DNA of 56,641 bases. It comes from Azolla caroliniana. Taxonomy: Eukaryota > Plantae > Polypodiophyta. Each line of letters begins with the position of its first letter. Within the stretch, counting starts at the first letter, position 1. The notes beneath the pieces are model-generated. The model saw only the letters and a program-made list of their open reading frames with translations. It ran no database searches and was not told where the DNA came from. A program made the translations under genes and the position numbers. The stretch is from NCBI GenBank assembly GCA_043228905.1, contig JBHGNT010000190.1, forward strand, positions 1 to 56,641, in the 5' to 3' direction. Shown one piece after another: positions 38,001 through 51,686 of this stretch.

Positions 38001-38937
38001 GGAATATTATCCGTGTTTGATCTACCAGAAAGAACTTGGTGAGGAAATGATGCATACAGACTGTAGAGTGTCACATATGACATCAATGGCTCCAAAAAGT
38101 CCTATGAATATAATGACAAGAGTACAACACAGCAAGAAAGGTTTATCAACTTTGCACAAATCTTCGAAAGCCCCATTCTCCTCCATGAATGCTTCCTCAG
38201 CATCCTCACCTAGGGTTGTTCCAAATAGTCCTGCAATCAGTCGACGAAAATCGGACCACACTGGGGCATTAGAGAATCCCATGAGCCAGAAAGTAGCAGA
38301 AGTAAAGAAGGAATTGTGGAGCTCAACAGGAAAGTCTTTTGCATCTTCAAAGGTTCCTCGAGCAGTGAGTATTGCAGTTGAGAATATATCCGTTGATTCT
38401 TTGTCTGGAATGGGAGATGAGGAATTGAAGCGTGGTAAACCTCTTAGGAGAAAGGATCGTACTTCAGGAACAGAGAGTAAGGCATCATCAGTTGCACTTG
38501 ACATAGCCTTAGAATCCTTTAAAGGCCCTCTAGCGAATGGATCAGAATCCATGGTAAACAACACCCGAAGTTCGGCAGTGCATGGAGTGAAGTCATTAAC
38601 GCACAAGGACAGAATTGGTGCAGTAATGCAGAAACAAACCAGAAAGCATGAAACAACTTCCACTCTAAGAAATCTTGACGAAGAGGTTCCAAGAGTCAAT
38701 ATCTATGCTCATGATTATAGAAAGACAGGTGCAAGAGGAGAAGATTCAAGAAAGCCATTTGAATCACGAAATGTTAACTTCTCTGCACAAAACACATTAT
38801 GTATGGCCTCCACTTCACTGGAGGATGAGGATGAAGATGAAGAAGACCAGGCAGATGGCACCGATGTAGATGAAGCAAGTGACATATTTGTCGATGCTTG
38901 CAGTGACGAAAGAGTACTTTCTCTTGATGATGAATAA
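31138..38937 (+). CDS. COP1-interacting protein 7 (CIP7)-family protein, 10 exons: 31138-31196, 31326-31517, 31824-31935, 32020-32068, 32662-32693, 35043-35089, 35165-35317, 35471-35928, 36036-37939, 38029-38937
   Basis: Family-typical N-terminus MKSDTPLDYAE..SRTR|CELY...KPFLAHLRAAQ...WFTKATLER|FVHFVSMPEVLERV. Further conserved blocks SKRELLRAMDVRL, RRLSVQAAICLFE and GRFYEHYRQLRDA. Splice phases are consistent. The 3' end is uncertain. Confidence 0.85.
33667..33850 (+). repeat. Diverged ~112-bp-period duplication in an intron of the CIP7-like gene
   Basis: TTTTGTCAGTGTAGTGAG(AG)TATG.ATATAAGACTTC...TATTTGCATCAATG occurs at 33667 and 33779. Confidence 0.8.
34954..35003 (+). repeat. (GA)~25 microsatellite, intronic, ~40 bp upstream of a 47-nt exon
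   Basis: Seen directly. Confidence 0.95.
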
Positions 38938-41419
38938 GGAAGCATATTGGAGCATGCCCTTCCAATTGTACCAAAATTTTCCGTTTATATTCAGAATCAT
39001 AAGAAGAGTAATTAAATGTCTGGTCCCGCGGAAACAATCTCTAATATATCAACAACTGGATGGAATTATTTTTAGTCTATTTGGACTAAGATTACCCACG
39101 ATAACCTCTGGTTCGTACTCTTACAATAACGCAGTGTCATGAAACCCTTAAAAAATCCAATAGCCTTTAGGTCATGATTTGATTCATGTATCTCAGAAGT
39201 TAACCTCTAACAAGAATCAAGGAAGGAGACAAGGGCGTAAAAAGTCTCTGCACTTTGGACTTCAATTTCGAAATTGTTCTTCCGTTTATTCTCCTTTAGG
39301 ATCAAAGGTACAGGAGAAGGGGAAGTGAAGAAGATAAGGATATTGTCACGTATCAATTTCAACGGACTGATATCAGTTGGAAACAATCAGCCTCGCTATT
39401 TGTGATGATTGACGTGTTTTTCCAAATGTCTTGTGCAGATTAAGAGTCTCTTCAACTCTGAAGTTTGCTGGTAAGCTTTATCCATAGCTTGTCCATTTGT
39501 AAAAAACATCATTTGTGGGCTTTTGGTGCATATGATCCAAAGCTTAAGTAGTAACTTTAGGCATAAATCTGTCATCTGACAGTTGTAAAATCATACCTGT
39601 TTTAGAAACTTTGGTGCCTGAACAGGGCATGATGAGATGATCATATCATCCACCCTCTGCACATGCTCATGTTGAGATCATGTCATCCATCCTATGCACA
39701 TATCCATGTCCAGAGCAAGAATAACCAACCAAATTCATGTACAACTTTGAGCTATATAATAACTAACATTCAGTACCGGAACAATTTGCTCACTAAAACA
39801 GCATTTTTTTTCTCTTTTCCAATACCGCTCATCGTTTTAACAAGCTTTCAATCCATTTGTTTGTCCTTTATTCTTAAAAAAAGGATGCGAAATTAGCTTG
39901 GAGGTAGGATCAACAATATCACATATGACCATCTCATCAACATCATATAGTTAATAAATCCTTTCCATATGGTTAATAGATCCCTTTCATTATTTACAGA
40001 GGTTCCAATATAGTTTGAATGCAGATGAGGCTCATTTGTAGATGCATAACTGCTTTGCCAATTGTGACATCAATATGTATAATTCCTTCTAAAATAAACT
40101 TCTTGTTCATACGAATAATAATAATAAGAGCTGCATTAACTACACACGGTTGAACTTAAAACCTGGCTTACCTTACCCACGACGCTTGGATTCCTTTGTT
40201 ATGTTTAATATAATCTTATCATTCAAGTATAACAAATGAAAGATGATATATTAGTTATGCATATATAAGCTTTTATCCCAATGAGTAAATCCAGAAGATA
40301 GAGAGCACAACTCTTGGTCCCATCATTTTGATTGTCATCAAAATGTTAAAACATCTATTTCCAAAGCAATAATTGCGAGAAAGGACATTAGATGCAAGCA
40401 AAAGATTAAACGGAATGTTGGTAATGACAGGAAATTAAATCATAAGCTGGGAGCTCAATATCCTCAATCATCTTCATTAAAATAGAGAATTAAAGACAAT
40501 GTGTTGTTTTTTATAAAAGCTGTATAAAACCACAAAACCTGCAAACAATATTTTAACATATTGGTTTGCAAACAATGCATCTTTGCTGATTTGTCAATTG
40601 TTCAAGAAAATGATAAATGAACCAAAATAAGGTTTCAACCCCGTCAACCACTTAGTAGACCATTTTAAACCATATAGTATAGCAAGCACGGGAATTGCCC
40701 AATTGTTCATTGTTTACCAATATTTAGATACAAGTGGATTCATATGCAAGCATGTATGAACTAAGCACAACAATTCCATTCAATATTTGCATTTGACCAT
40801 AAGTTTAGCATTTTGTTATCCAATATTCATGGCAAGAATACAATTAATACATATACCTTAACAAATGTGCAATATAAGTTGAGAAATATGAAAGTTTTTA
40901 ATGCTTTAACTTTGTCAAGAATCTCAACCTCAAATCATAAATCAGATGCAAATCATCATTGCCTTGATTCGTCAAAGAGATGCCTGAGTTTCAAGTTGGA
41001 TCTTTTGTGGCTAATGTGACATAAGGTGAAGATCACCAAGGCATGTGCCAAGTTATACTATCAATGCAATGGTTCATTGTGCAATCAATGACATTGTGTT
41101 TGATCAAATGTGTCTCCACCTAGTGTTCCACAATCTCATTATTGGAGCACATTGTGTATTGTTCCATTCTGGATCAAGTTGATCCTTCCCAACTTCCAAT
41201 TCACCTTTTTGATGGACCTGAGTACATACTTCAAGATTATGTGCAACAAGTTATGCAACAAAAAATCATCCTTGGTATCTTAATAAGCCAAGTTCCAATT
41301 TATGGATTGCAACTCATGGGACTTGCCATCGTTGAAGGAGGGAGATGGCATCATGCTGATACAAAATGACACATATACATTGGGGGACCACAAATGCATT
41401 ATTAAAGCGTGCATGCATG

Positions 41420-41434
41420 TGCGCGTGCGCGCGC

Positions 41435-41476
<42 letters not shown>

Positions 41477-41988
41477 CCTTGACTCACATTCTTGCAAACA
41501 CGTGATGCCTAATCACAAAATGTTGGGATACGTGAAGATGAAACAACAACGCGGGACAAAAGGCTTCCTATATATGCAACAACCAAAGAGGGATGGACGA
41601 CATTCGCGAGGGAGAGAACCCTTGGATAGGCAAGACGGACACTCTGCCACGTCGCAACAAGGTGAGTTGTCGTACAACAACAACAACAATGGGGATAAAG
41701 GACTGTGAAGGAACGAGGGGAGAGAGTAGATATTGTGTTTTGGGTGTTTTGGTTTGGAGCTCTGGGACCGGGGGGGGGGGGGGTACCAACCAACCAACCA
41801 ACCTTTCCTTCCTTCCCTGGCAAGAACCACAATTGTGTTGAAATATGTGTATGTGTGTGTGGAGAGAGGGAGAGGAAGAGAAGATATATATATATATATA
41901 TACAAATTACAATAATACATATATGTAGTGTGTTAGAAGAAGTCTATGGAAGAGAATATGTATGTATGTGATGTATGTATGTAGTTAT

Positions 41989-42022
<34 letters not shown>

Positions 42023-42160
42023 TGGGCTCTTCTCTCTAATGAGACATATGTACATCTCTCTCTCTCTCTCTCTCTCTCTCTCCTTCTCCCCTTCTCCCCT
42101 CCTCTCCTCCTCCCACTACATACGTCTTCTACTACTTCCACTCCTACACCTACTACTTGG

Positions 42161-42192
<32 letters not shown>

Positions 42193-42200
42193 ACTCTCTG
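41420..42200. repeat. Microsatellite-rich promoter/5' region of the bromodomain gene: (CA)n, (CAA)n, G-run, (TA)n, (GT)n, (CT)n
   Basis: Seen directly. Confidence 0.85.
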
Positions 42201-42382
42201 AAATTTCAAAAATTTAACTCTTCCCACTTCTTCTGTTCCCCTCCTGCGCTTCAATTTCTGCATCATCCGCCGCGTTAATTTGCTGCCATTCCCTCTGCTC
42301 GGAAAGGAAAAGGTTAGTACAGGAACCACATATCTCGTTCTTTATATATATATATGTATATGTATATGGTCTGCGTAACCTT

Positions 42383-45300
42383 ATGACGAAGGTGAAGTTG
42401 AAAGGAGCTTTCTTCCGCAAATCTGCTCCTCCTCCTTTCCCCCTTCCTCTTATTTCTGAGGATGACACTGATGACGAGGAAGAAGAAGAAGAAGAAGAAG
42501 AAGATGATGACGATGACGATGATGGAGTTGCATATGAGTACGAAGACATGGATGGCCATTTTAGAACTGAAGGATTTCGGAATTTCATGCCTTTTGGTAC
42601 TGTGAAGACTAAGCGAAAGAGAGGTCCCAGGGGTGCCCCAAGATACAACATACACAAAGATTCCTCGGGCCATGGTGACAATTATAGTGACTCTGCCCTT
42701 GCAACCTCCTCCAGTGAAAGATCTGATGATTATCATGATCACGATGAAGGAGGAGACGAAGACGAAGTTGTGGATTCTATGCAGGATATTCCAAGTGGTT
42801 CTGGTCCGATGGCCATGGGCTATGCTACTCCTCGTCGCGGCAGCGTCCGCCCGAAAGTGAAACCGTCCAAGTTCCGAGAAGAGGATCGAATGCAGAGAAA
42901 TTATAATCACAGTCATAATTATGTATCAGAAGTGAGTTCTTTTTTAGGGAAAAAGAAAGCGTCCAAAAAGCATGTGTTTTCAAGGGACTATGATCAGGAC
43001 GATGAACTTAGTGCTTCCCTAAGGGTATTTCCATACTCCACTTATCTTGATAGTTAACATCAGTGCATGTAGCTTCTTCCATAAATCTTTATTGTTATAA
43101 TATTTTGTGTGTGCTGTCTGACCCTTAAGCTTGTTTCAATGGTGTATCTTATGTTATGGTTTGCTGAATTTTTTATTTCTTTGATGTATGAGGTCAATGG
43201 ATGATGAAACTTTTGATTTTCAAAGTCTGTGTTTAATTCTCTGCAAATGAAAAAATCCTGGGTTGAAACTTGTGGGCCCTTAAAATTGCTTGAGTAATAT
43301 ACTTTATCCCATACAATTTTCTGTCTTTCCATTTGATACATATTTGATGGCTATATCAAGAGTTTGATGATGTGATTTTGCTCGATGCACGGTACCCGTA
43401 AATGATCGTAATCATGATTTTCAGATTCCATTCAATGTCATGTTTAATTCTCTACATGGATGAGCAAATTTTGCAAGGGATGTTTGCTTCTTTTTCAATC
43501 AGTTATTTTGCTATATTTTCATATCAAGACTGGAAATTTATGTAAATCTGGATAGGTCGTGAGGAAGATCATGAAGATGGAAGCAGCTGAACCATTCAAT
43601 GCTCCTGTAGATCCAATTGCTCTTGGGATCCCGGTGAGATGCTTGTGTTGGTGCACTGAGTATTTGCTAACATTATCCTGCATTATTGAATTTTGGGTTG
43701 TATTGCCAGGATTATTTTCATATTGTGAAAAGACCCATGGATCTGGGAACCATATGTAAGCATTTAGAAAGGGGCAGTAAGTATAGGAGCTCTCAAGATG
43801 TTTATGAAGATATCCAGCTTGTTTGGACCAACTGCCGCATCTATAATCAGAAAGGAGACCCAATCCTTGACCTTTTGGGAAGAGTAAAGAAGAACTTCAT
43901 GAAATATTGGACTGCGGCTGGCTTATATACCGAGAAGCCTTCAGGTTGCTCTTATGTTTAATGGACAAATTGCATGAATTAAAGATTGGTGGAATTTTAA
44001 GGCCTCTTTGTGAAATCTTTGATGCTTTTCATGCGGTAACAATCTAATGCGGTGCAAATTATTTCAAAGTTAGGGTTTTCCCTCAAATCTATTTCTAATC
44101 GGCTAGAGAGTTTCAGTTCTCAATATAAAAAGTGTGATTTCTTAAGAAACATTTGCTGGTTAAAGCATTGGAATGAGTGCCTGACTTTACATGTTTAGGT
44201 CATGTACATATTAAATAGGCTTTGATTTCCAAAAGTTAGAAACAAAGTTCTAATTTATTATTATTTCCTCACTGATGTCTACATGAGGTGGCGTTGAATT
44301 GGATATTTGGAATTAATCATCTGGTTCTCTCGTGAATTGTGACTATGAAAACAAGTCTTCATTGATGGCATCAAATGTCATATATGAAAAGTAGCAAATT
44401 TCATTTTTATTAGGGGACAAATACGCTGAGGAAATGCAGATATCAATTCAGCTTTTCCACCCTTGGGCCTTAATCTTGCTAACTTTGATTATAACCACAA
44501 TATTTTTTCTTTTGATTTGCTAAATACTTCTTTCTCACCATTGCCTTTCCGTTTGCGTTACTTCTCTACATGCTAGAGCCCATCCATTTGTCCATCATCT
44601 GACTCATTGCTTCCATACAACATAGCACACATTCTCTTCAATATAAGACAGGGCGCTGGGACAGTGTCAAGGAGACTCATTGACCATAGATATTTTGCCC
44701 GATCAAGTCCATGAGTCTGAGTATCAGTCTGCTACAGTACTGCACCTTCAATCACATTCAAGTCTGCTTTTTGCATATTATCAATCCAGACGTGTCTGCA
44801 TACGTATTTCTCTTGCGGTCACAATGTACACACAATTGCAACATTTACATTCATCAGTAAAATTTTTGAAGATCGAAATTCACGAATCAACCCCACACAT
44901 ATTAGATGCAAGTGTTTCACTCTGGTCCCATAGGTCATATTTGATCTCAAGGGTGGAAACAGAATCTATCTATCCATCTATAAAGCATATAAAGGGAATG
45001 GAGATTTCTTTACAGCTTCCCATCTGCAACATGCTGGTTCTGATTTGGCAGCTCTTCCTGATTGATTGAGCTGCTCTTGAACGCCTTAAGTTTTCCTCTT
45101 TTATACAGAGTCTATGTTATGCTTTATTAGAGCCCAATCATTGCTATGTGAGGTTGTTACCTCCACTTATCAGCTGACCAAGGGCTGTGTCATCAGGAGT
45201 TTGCGGATGATAATCTGCTCTGTGTTGGATATGGTCCTGTGGCTTTGGGCAGGTCTAGATCTTCTTTGGATAACTTTTTAGTTCTGCAGGTGGAAGGCAC

Positions 45301-48300
45301 ACTTTATTGGCAGAGGTGTTTTGCATTTTGAATCTGCGTTGACTGCTTTTCCTGTGGAGAGTTTCAGATGGTCTTACTTGGTTGCTACCTGGTCAGTGAT
45401 TTTATTAACTTGACTTGACAAAAATGGTGCGTTTGTCTTCCCAATAAGGAGACTTGGAAAAAGCTGCATCAGAATCTTGATGTCTTCCACGTCAGCAAAG
45501 ATTATGCGTGTGCTCTTTTTGGTTTTTATTTACCACCTAACGGGGGCATTCATTTACCCTGCAAGGGGCATTCTCAAATTCTGTCTTTATGCTGACAGTT
45601 TCTGGGCATTCCATGGCACACTTGACATGATTCTACGCAATGACTTTGGGAATCATCACAGAGATACAGTCTATCCCACAATTGATAGTACTTTATTACT
45701 TTGAAGATCCAATGAGATGTATGAACAAGTTTTTCCAGGAAGCTTAGGAAAGACAGCAAGATTTCTCCAAAGTTTGGGGGTGTTGTCGTTATCATTACTT
45801 GGAGATATACGCCACCATGTGGTGTATCTTGCATTTTGTTTCTGAATCATATGGCTGAGTTTCTTGGTAATGGCGTTTATACATACTGTTATTTGTACTT
45901 CAGAATTTGGCTGCATGGCAATTTGGAAGGAATTTGCGAGATGATATACAGCTCTCTTTTCTAAAACAAGCAAGAGGGAGAGAGAAAATTATACAACTAT
46001 CAGCAGAAGTAAAAGATAAAGCAAAACATATTAAACAGGCCGAAACTAGGAACAAAAACTGTATAGCATAGCCACAAAAGAAAATGTTGTATCCTGTTTT
46101 CTAAAGTAGTAATCTCCGTTTCTGTTTATGTCAGACAGAAATATTTCATAAACTTATGCTATTCAGGATCTTCATTGAATAAATATCTCCTCAAATTGGA
46201 TGAGTTGTATACACATGCTCCTTTTCATTCAGGCTTTAAACTAAGAGGAGATGATGTGGCAGTTCCAACATTTATCTTGCCATGAGGAATATATCCATAT
46301 ATTTGATGTTGGTTCAGTTGTTGACCTCTGTTTCTTCTTTGATATGTTTCTTTGAATCCCAGAACAGGTGTTTATCCATGGTCCCATTCTCTGCTTCTTG
46401 TCAGTACAGTTCCACAAGTTATATTTGTTCCTGTCAGATCTTTTTAGGAATTGCGTTTGAAGTGTTTTTCATTCTAGGGTTCCAATTACTCCAGTTGGTG
46501 ATCATGGCATCTCAAATATTTATTTTCTTATATTCTGTATTGTTCAGTTGCAATTAATGGCTTTTGCAGTGTACTTGCATGATAATTTGTTGAATCCCTT
46601 ATACCTCCCTAACATTTGAATGCTTAACCAGTGACATTCAGGTTTCAAGGTAGAAGACCGGATGCTTCACAGTCAGAATTTGGGGTTGCAAATATAAAGC
46701 AAAAGGTATTTTTAGATGACACTCGGAGCGAAATGACATTCGGAACAATAAAAGAAGAAGAAAAACCAGCAAATTCAACAAAAAAATGTATTGGTATGAA
46801 ATAACAGTGAAGCAATTTCAAAATTTTGAATTCAGTGGTTTACGGAATGCTAGTAGTGCATAACTTTATACATGATATATAGTTACATTGCTATGAGAAA
46901 TTGACTTTGTTTCTATAACTGGGTAGGTGGTGAGCTGAGGTTTAACTCATGATGTATCTAACCTTAGAAATATTATCAACTACATTGAAACATCTATGAT
47001 ATCTGTGTCTGCTGGATTTATGTAAGGGATGAGGAAAGATGCTGGAACAGGATGACTGTGTGTCATCTGACAAGGAAATTAAATTCTTTATTAAAATGTT
47101 TTGCTTATCCTTGTTTAGGGCTGAAGAAATAACTGAATGAATCTGTGTTCTCCTTCAAGAAATCTAGATTTCTTGTGTTGTGCTCATGAGTCATATCTTA
47201 TATTTTAAATAGATATAATTTTTGACTCTTGAATATCTTCCACGCTGAAATCCCATCAGGTTTCACTGAGCAACATGCAACGAAAAGGAAAGCTACAAAG
47301 ATACCACCAATTGAGGTTGCAAGTGGATTGCACGGAGAGCAAGAAGCAGCTTTCAATATTCTTAATGATGATCTGGATACATTCTTTCTAAATCGGGGAG
47401 GGCCAAGCATCATATCTGTATACAAGTCACATAAGAAGAAAAAGATAGAACAGCAGGCAATTGCCAAAGAGCATCCACCACAGGCTCCAATTCTGAAAGG
47501 TAGTAACCTTTATAGTAGATTGTGTGTTAAATCAATCCTCTATTATTATTATTCTTTTATACTATGCTTGTAAATGATTATTCAACTTGGCAATCCATGA
47601 TCTTCAGGTGTGTATAGTCCAACTTCATTTCTAAAGTTTGTATCATTTAGTAGTTTCATGTTTACACTTCATAGATCTATCTGTTAGAGTAGATCATCTA
47701 GTGATTAGACTTTTGAGTATATTTAACTGAGACACAACTTTCTCTCTTCTTTCTATTTTGAACTTTGAACATCTTCCAAAGATCACAATTCTTCATAAGG
47801 ATATCTAATTCACCACCCTCGTGTTGATTATTTATAGTATATTATCTCAATCTATTTAATGTGCATGTATTTGGATATTAATATGTTGGGCATGTGCTAA
47901 ATTCTAACGAAGCGTCCTTGTTCATATTATTGTGCCTTCCACTACAAGAACATCAACACCTGACAATAAAATTGTCTATTTATGGCCATGTTTAAATATC
48001 CCTTTTTTCCTCTAAACTTGTTGCCTCCTGAATCCTGGCTGATGTACTGGCTGCCTTCAACACCTAATTATCATTGCAGTTGATCAGTGGTTCTTTCTGC
48101 CTGTAGAAGTGGCTACCACTGACAATTGGTGTTCTCACTCCTAGCTTATGCAGGAGTGGTAATTTTTTGCAATCATGAGTTGATGAATTCTGACATAAAT
48201 TTGGACCAGCCTCTTGTTTTCCATCAGATTTGATGGTTTTCTGCCTCATATCTTTTGATGGTTTAATTTGGTACTCATACAGAATTGTTTTTTCAGTGCA

Positions 48301-49586
48301 TATTCGGGAAGGTGAAAAAAGTGCCAGAAACTCAGTATTGAGGCATACTGACAACGCTGACAAACATCAATATAAAAAGCATCATGATTCCCATGGGATG
48401 ACACCTGGAAAGTACAAGGGCTCTGATTCCTACATGATTCAAGGGAAGTATAAGAATTACATAAATTCCCATATGATATCCGGCAAGTACTATGACTTTG
48501 ATGCTGATTCTCATGGAAGTCCTGGCAAGCCACGCCGAGTTTCAGGGTTAGTACAGAAAAGGAGTAATGAAATGATGTTTGCTAAATAAAGTTGGACATT
48601 TGTCCTATTCAAATCACGAATCCTGATAAACCATAATATGCTTCCCAGGACAGGGCATCACAAGGCTGGCTGTTCGTGTGTAGTATGCTCTGGTGTCCGA
48701 CGCAAACATGGCCATGAGGAAAAATTTGGTAATTATGCAGATCATTGGAATACAACTGAAGCTGACGCTGCCATGACTCCAGAAAGGCTGTTTCTTAGAT
48801 TGAAAACTGAGGTACTACAGGGATTCCTATTTGTTTTTGGATTGTCCAGACTCAAAACTTACATTTTGAGAAAAATAACTAAGGTGAAATTTTCACTTGT
48901 GAACAGCCCAGAAGTCATGGGATGCTAGGTGTGGAGGAGAGTAAAGATGGTTACAGAACCAAAACATCTATTTGGGAGAGAACAAATTCTATAGCAGATG
49001 AAGAAAAGAATGGTGCATTGAATAAAGCTAACAGCAATGAAGACTTCGTGGATGTTGCATATGAAGATGATGGTGGAAGTGATAGTGGTAAGGCAGATGA
49101 CACCACTTTTGGGCAGAGAAAGAAAGAATCTATGGCACAAACCAAAGGCTACTCAGGAATTGAAGGGCAGCTACAATCAGGAAAGGATCGCATACGAGAG
49201 GATTCTAAGGGAGCAATACTAGAAGATGCAGAGGATGTGATTCATATTGAGGAGCAATTTGCCGATACACTGGATGCAGAAACATACCGTGATGAGGCAA
49301 ATATAATATATGTTTATGTTTCTATTGAGAGTATCTCATGCAATTTATAGTATGTTTTTTTCTTATTAGTTTGCCTCGTTTGGAACAGGGAGGGGTTAGA
49401 TACTATAGGGCGAGTTACGAAATGCCACTTCGCAAGATCAATCCAACCATTTTGGACATGGGTCACAGACTGTTTGGAAAAGGCTCTCTTTGGAATAATG
49501 GGCATTCTCTGAGTAAGCATTCAATAAAGGCTTATTCAGAGAATCCAATACTGAGTACGGTCTCTATGTTTCTAAGAGGCAAGTGA
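42383..49586 (+). CDS. Bromodomain-containing chromatin protein (resembles the Arabidopsis At1g58025/BRD5 type), 9 exons: 42383-43024, 43556-43633, 43710-43944, 46632-46793, 47260-47499, 48297-48546, 48649-48811, 48907-49296, 49389-49586
   Basis: Bromodomain VVRKIMKMEAAEPFNAPVDPIALGIP|DYFHIVKRPMDLGTIC...DIQLVWTNCRIYNQKGDPI. Acidic D/E tract near the N-terminus and an HHKAGCSCVVC motif. Exon phases chain consistently. The start codon and last donor are less certain, and the orthology is from memory. Confidence 0.85.
44640..45960 (+). mobile_element. Possible old LINE relic in intron 3 of the bromodomain gene
   Basis: Frameshifted echoes of the EN motif (FT-W-S at ~44916; SRV-[D]RIY at ~44947) and the RT motif DLEKA (45451). 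The spacing is shorter than in an intact element. Confidence 0.3.
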
Positions 49587-51686
49587 CCGCCTCTGGCACA
49601 AGTGAGTGTGGTCACCTTCAGCATTGAGAAAAGGCCACCTCAACTTGAATGAGTAACGATATTTTGCTGCATTTGGGCGGTGTTTGTAGAGAGACGTGGC
49701 AATTCTACTTGTACTCAGATGTGCTATTTATTTGTGTGAAGAGAGGGATGGAGAGTGAGATCGCACACATGTATCATGAGCAAAGGGTCTGTTTCCACTT
49801 GCGTTGAATGTAAAATATCAATTAACCTGATCCATATCAGCTGTATTTTGCCTTGAAGTTTCTAATGTATTCCAAACTTACACAAAGATTGTTGCCAGTA
49901 TTATAGGTCATCATTGATCTATTACTTTAGCACATCCTGTAATAACTTGACAAATAGTTAGGTAATCAAGAAGAAAATAGTCTTTTTCCCCAATGGACGA
50001 GTATCAATGCATAGTTGAAATGCTTGTCTTATGCAATGCAAATGATTAATTGGCAAGTGTTATTATTTGATGACAACCTCATAATTAGGTCTTTGGACGG
50101 AGATGGTGATGTATTGTCCTTGTGAGGCCAGTGAATCATTACCTTAGAAGAGTTCCTACTGTGGCTCCTGTGTTTTTACAAGGTGATTCATACTTTCTAG
50201 AAGATTATGTATATACATACCATAGAAGTGCTGGCAGTTGTCAGTTACTTGGAGAAGTGTTGATTTTTGTGGATGTATATGGTTGCTCTCATGCTTTGAA
50301 TGGTTTGGTGAAAATCAAATTGTCAGATCACCCATGGATTTTATAGTATTTACAAAAAGAAAGTGTTGGTTATCCATTTGAATAGAGGCAAAGTCATGAC
50401 AGAATGCCCCTTCACGAAAATGTAATTCGTCTAAACTCTTGGGTGAATTTCCTTGAGCAATTAGGAATACTTTTGCTGCGAAGGAGCAAAAGCTTGTTGA
50501 AAGAAAACCTAACAAAATAATAAATGGAAAAAATCTAGGAATATTTGTGGTGCTTGCTCACATTTTAAGATGTATGAAATTTGGCAAGTACAATAATAAT
50601 ATCAGTGGGATGTTTTATGTAATGTTGAACGTAAGGGTCAATTTAGCCCCATAGTTATACACCATGCAATGTTCGGTGGGACATTGAAAGGTTCCTTCTC
50701 TAGGTTTGTCACGATCATTGATAATCCATTATGGCAAATTATAGTAAAAAGAGATTTACAGGATGTTACTTTTGGGCCTTGGCTGTAATGTGGTGTCTTT
50801 GTTGGAGCTTGTATATATTATTATCCATGAACATTTTCCCATACATTGGGTGAAAACCAATAATCCCACAGTGTCTTATGGATTCTTCATAAGTGAGCCA
50901 TGTGGATATATTTGATGCAAACTAATGTCTTATAAATTTGATGTATGGAATTAATTCCATGATTTGTTGGTAGGTTACACATTTTGATTGAGCGAATATA
51001 GATCTACATGGAGCAAATTGAAAGAAATCTTTATCATGAATGGCAAATAAATATGAAGTTTATAAAGGTTGGGGATTGATTGATCCATGATAACAGTTGA
51101 ATCCAAACTTCACATGAATTCTTAAGCAAATAGACATCACATTATCTAATAGTAAAAAGTTAGCTTCAATAATGTACCCTAGATTATCTAAGTCCATTTC
51201 TTAAAGTGAGTGTCTTCTCAACGATGAGTTTGCATGGGATTGTAGTAATTACTACAAGAACAAATTGAGACATCATATAATCAAATTACAAGTGTATCTT
51301 GAACTACATTATAATCTCTTCTTAGCAATGAATACGAATGGAACTCTAATAACCGTGACAAGAATGATTGACATATCATAGAATCGTTGAACCAAATCTA
51401 AGGATACATTAATGTTTACTTGAGTGCGAACTTGCATGTGATTGCAACAGCTTTTACAAGGAGAATCTAGATATTATTTAATCCAAAAAACAAATGTATA
51501 CATACGGATCGAAATGATACTCTAGAAAAGAGTCGATTCATTGTTGATCAAGGCTAGCAAGATATATTGGTTATGAAGTCTCGCGGTAGCTTAGAGTTTA
51601 GAATATGAGGGGCTAACTCTGTAATTTGAAGTAAATGGTGATTCATTTCCTCAACCAGCAGCAGCAGGAGCTATGGTGGCAGCATC

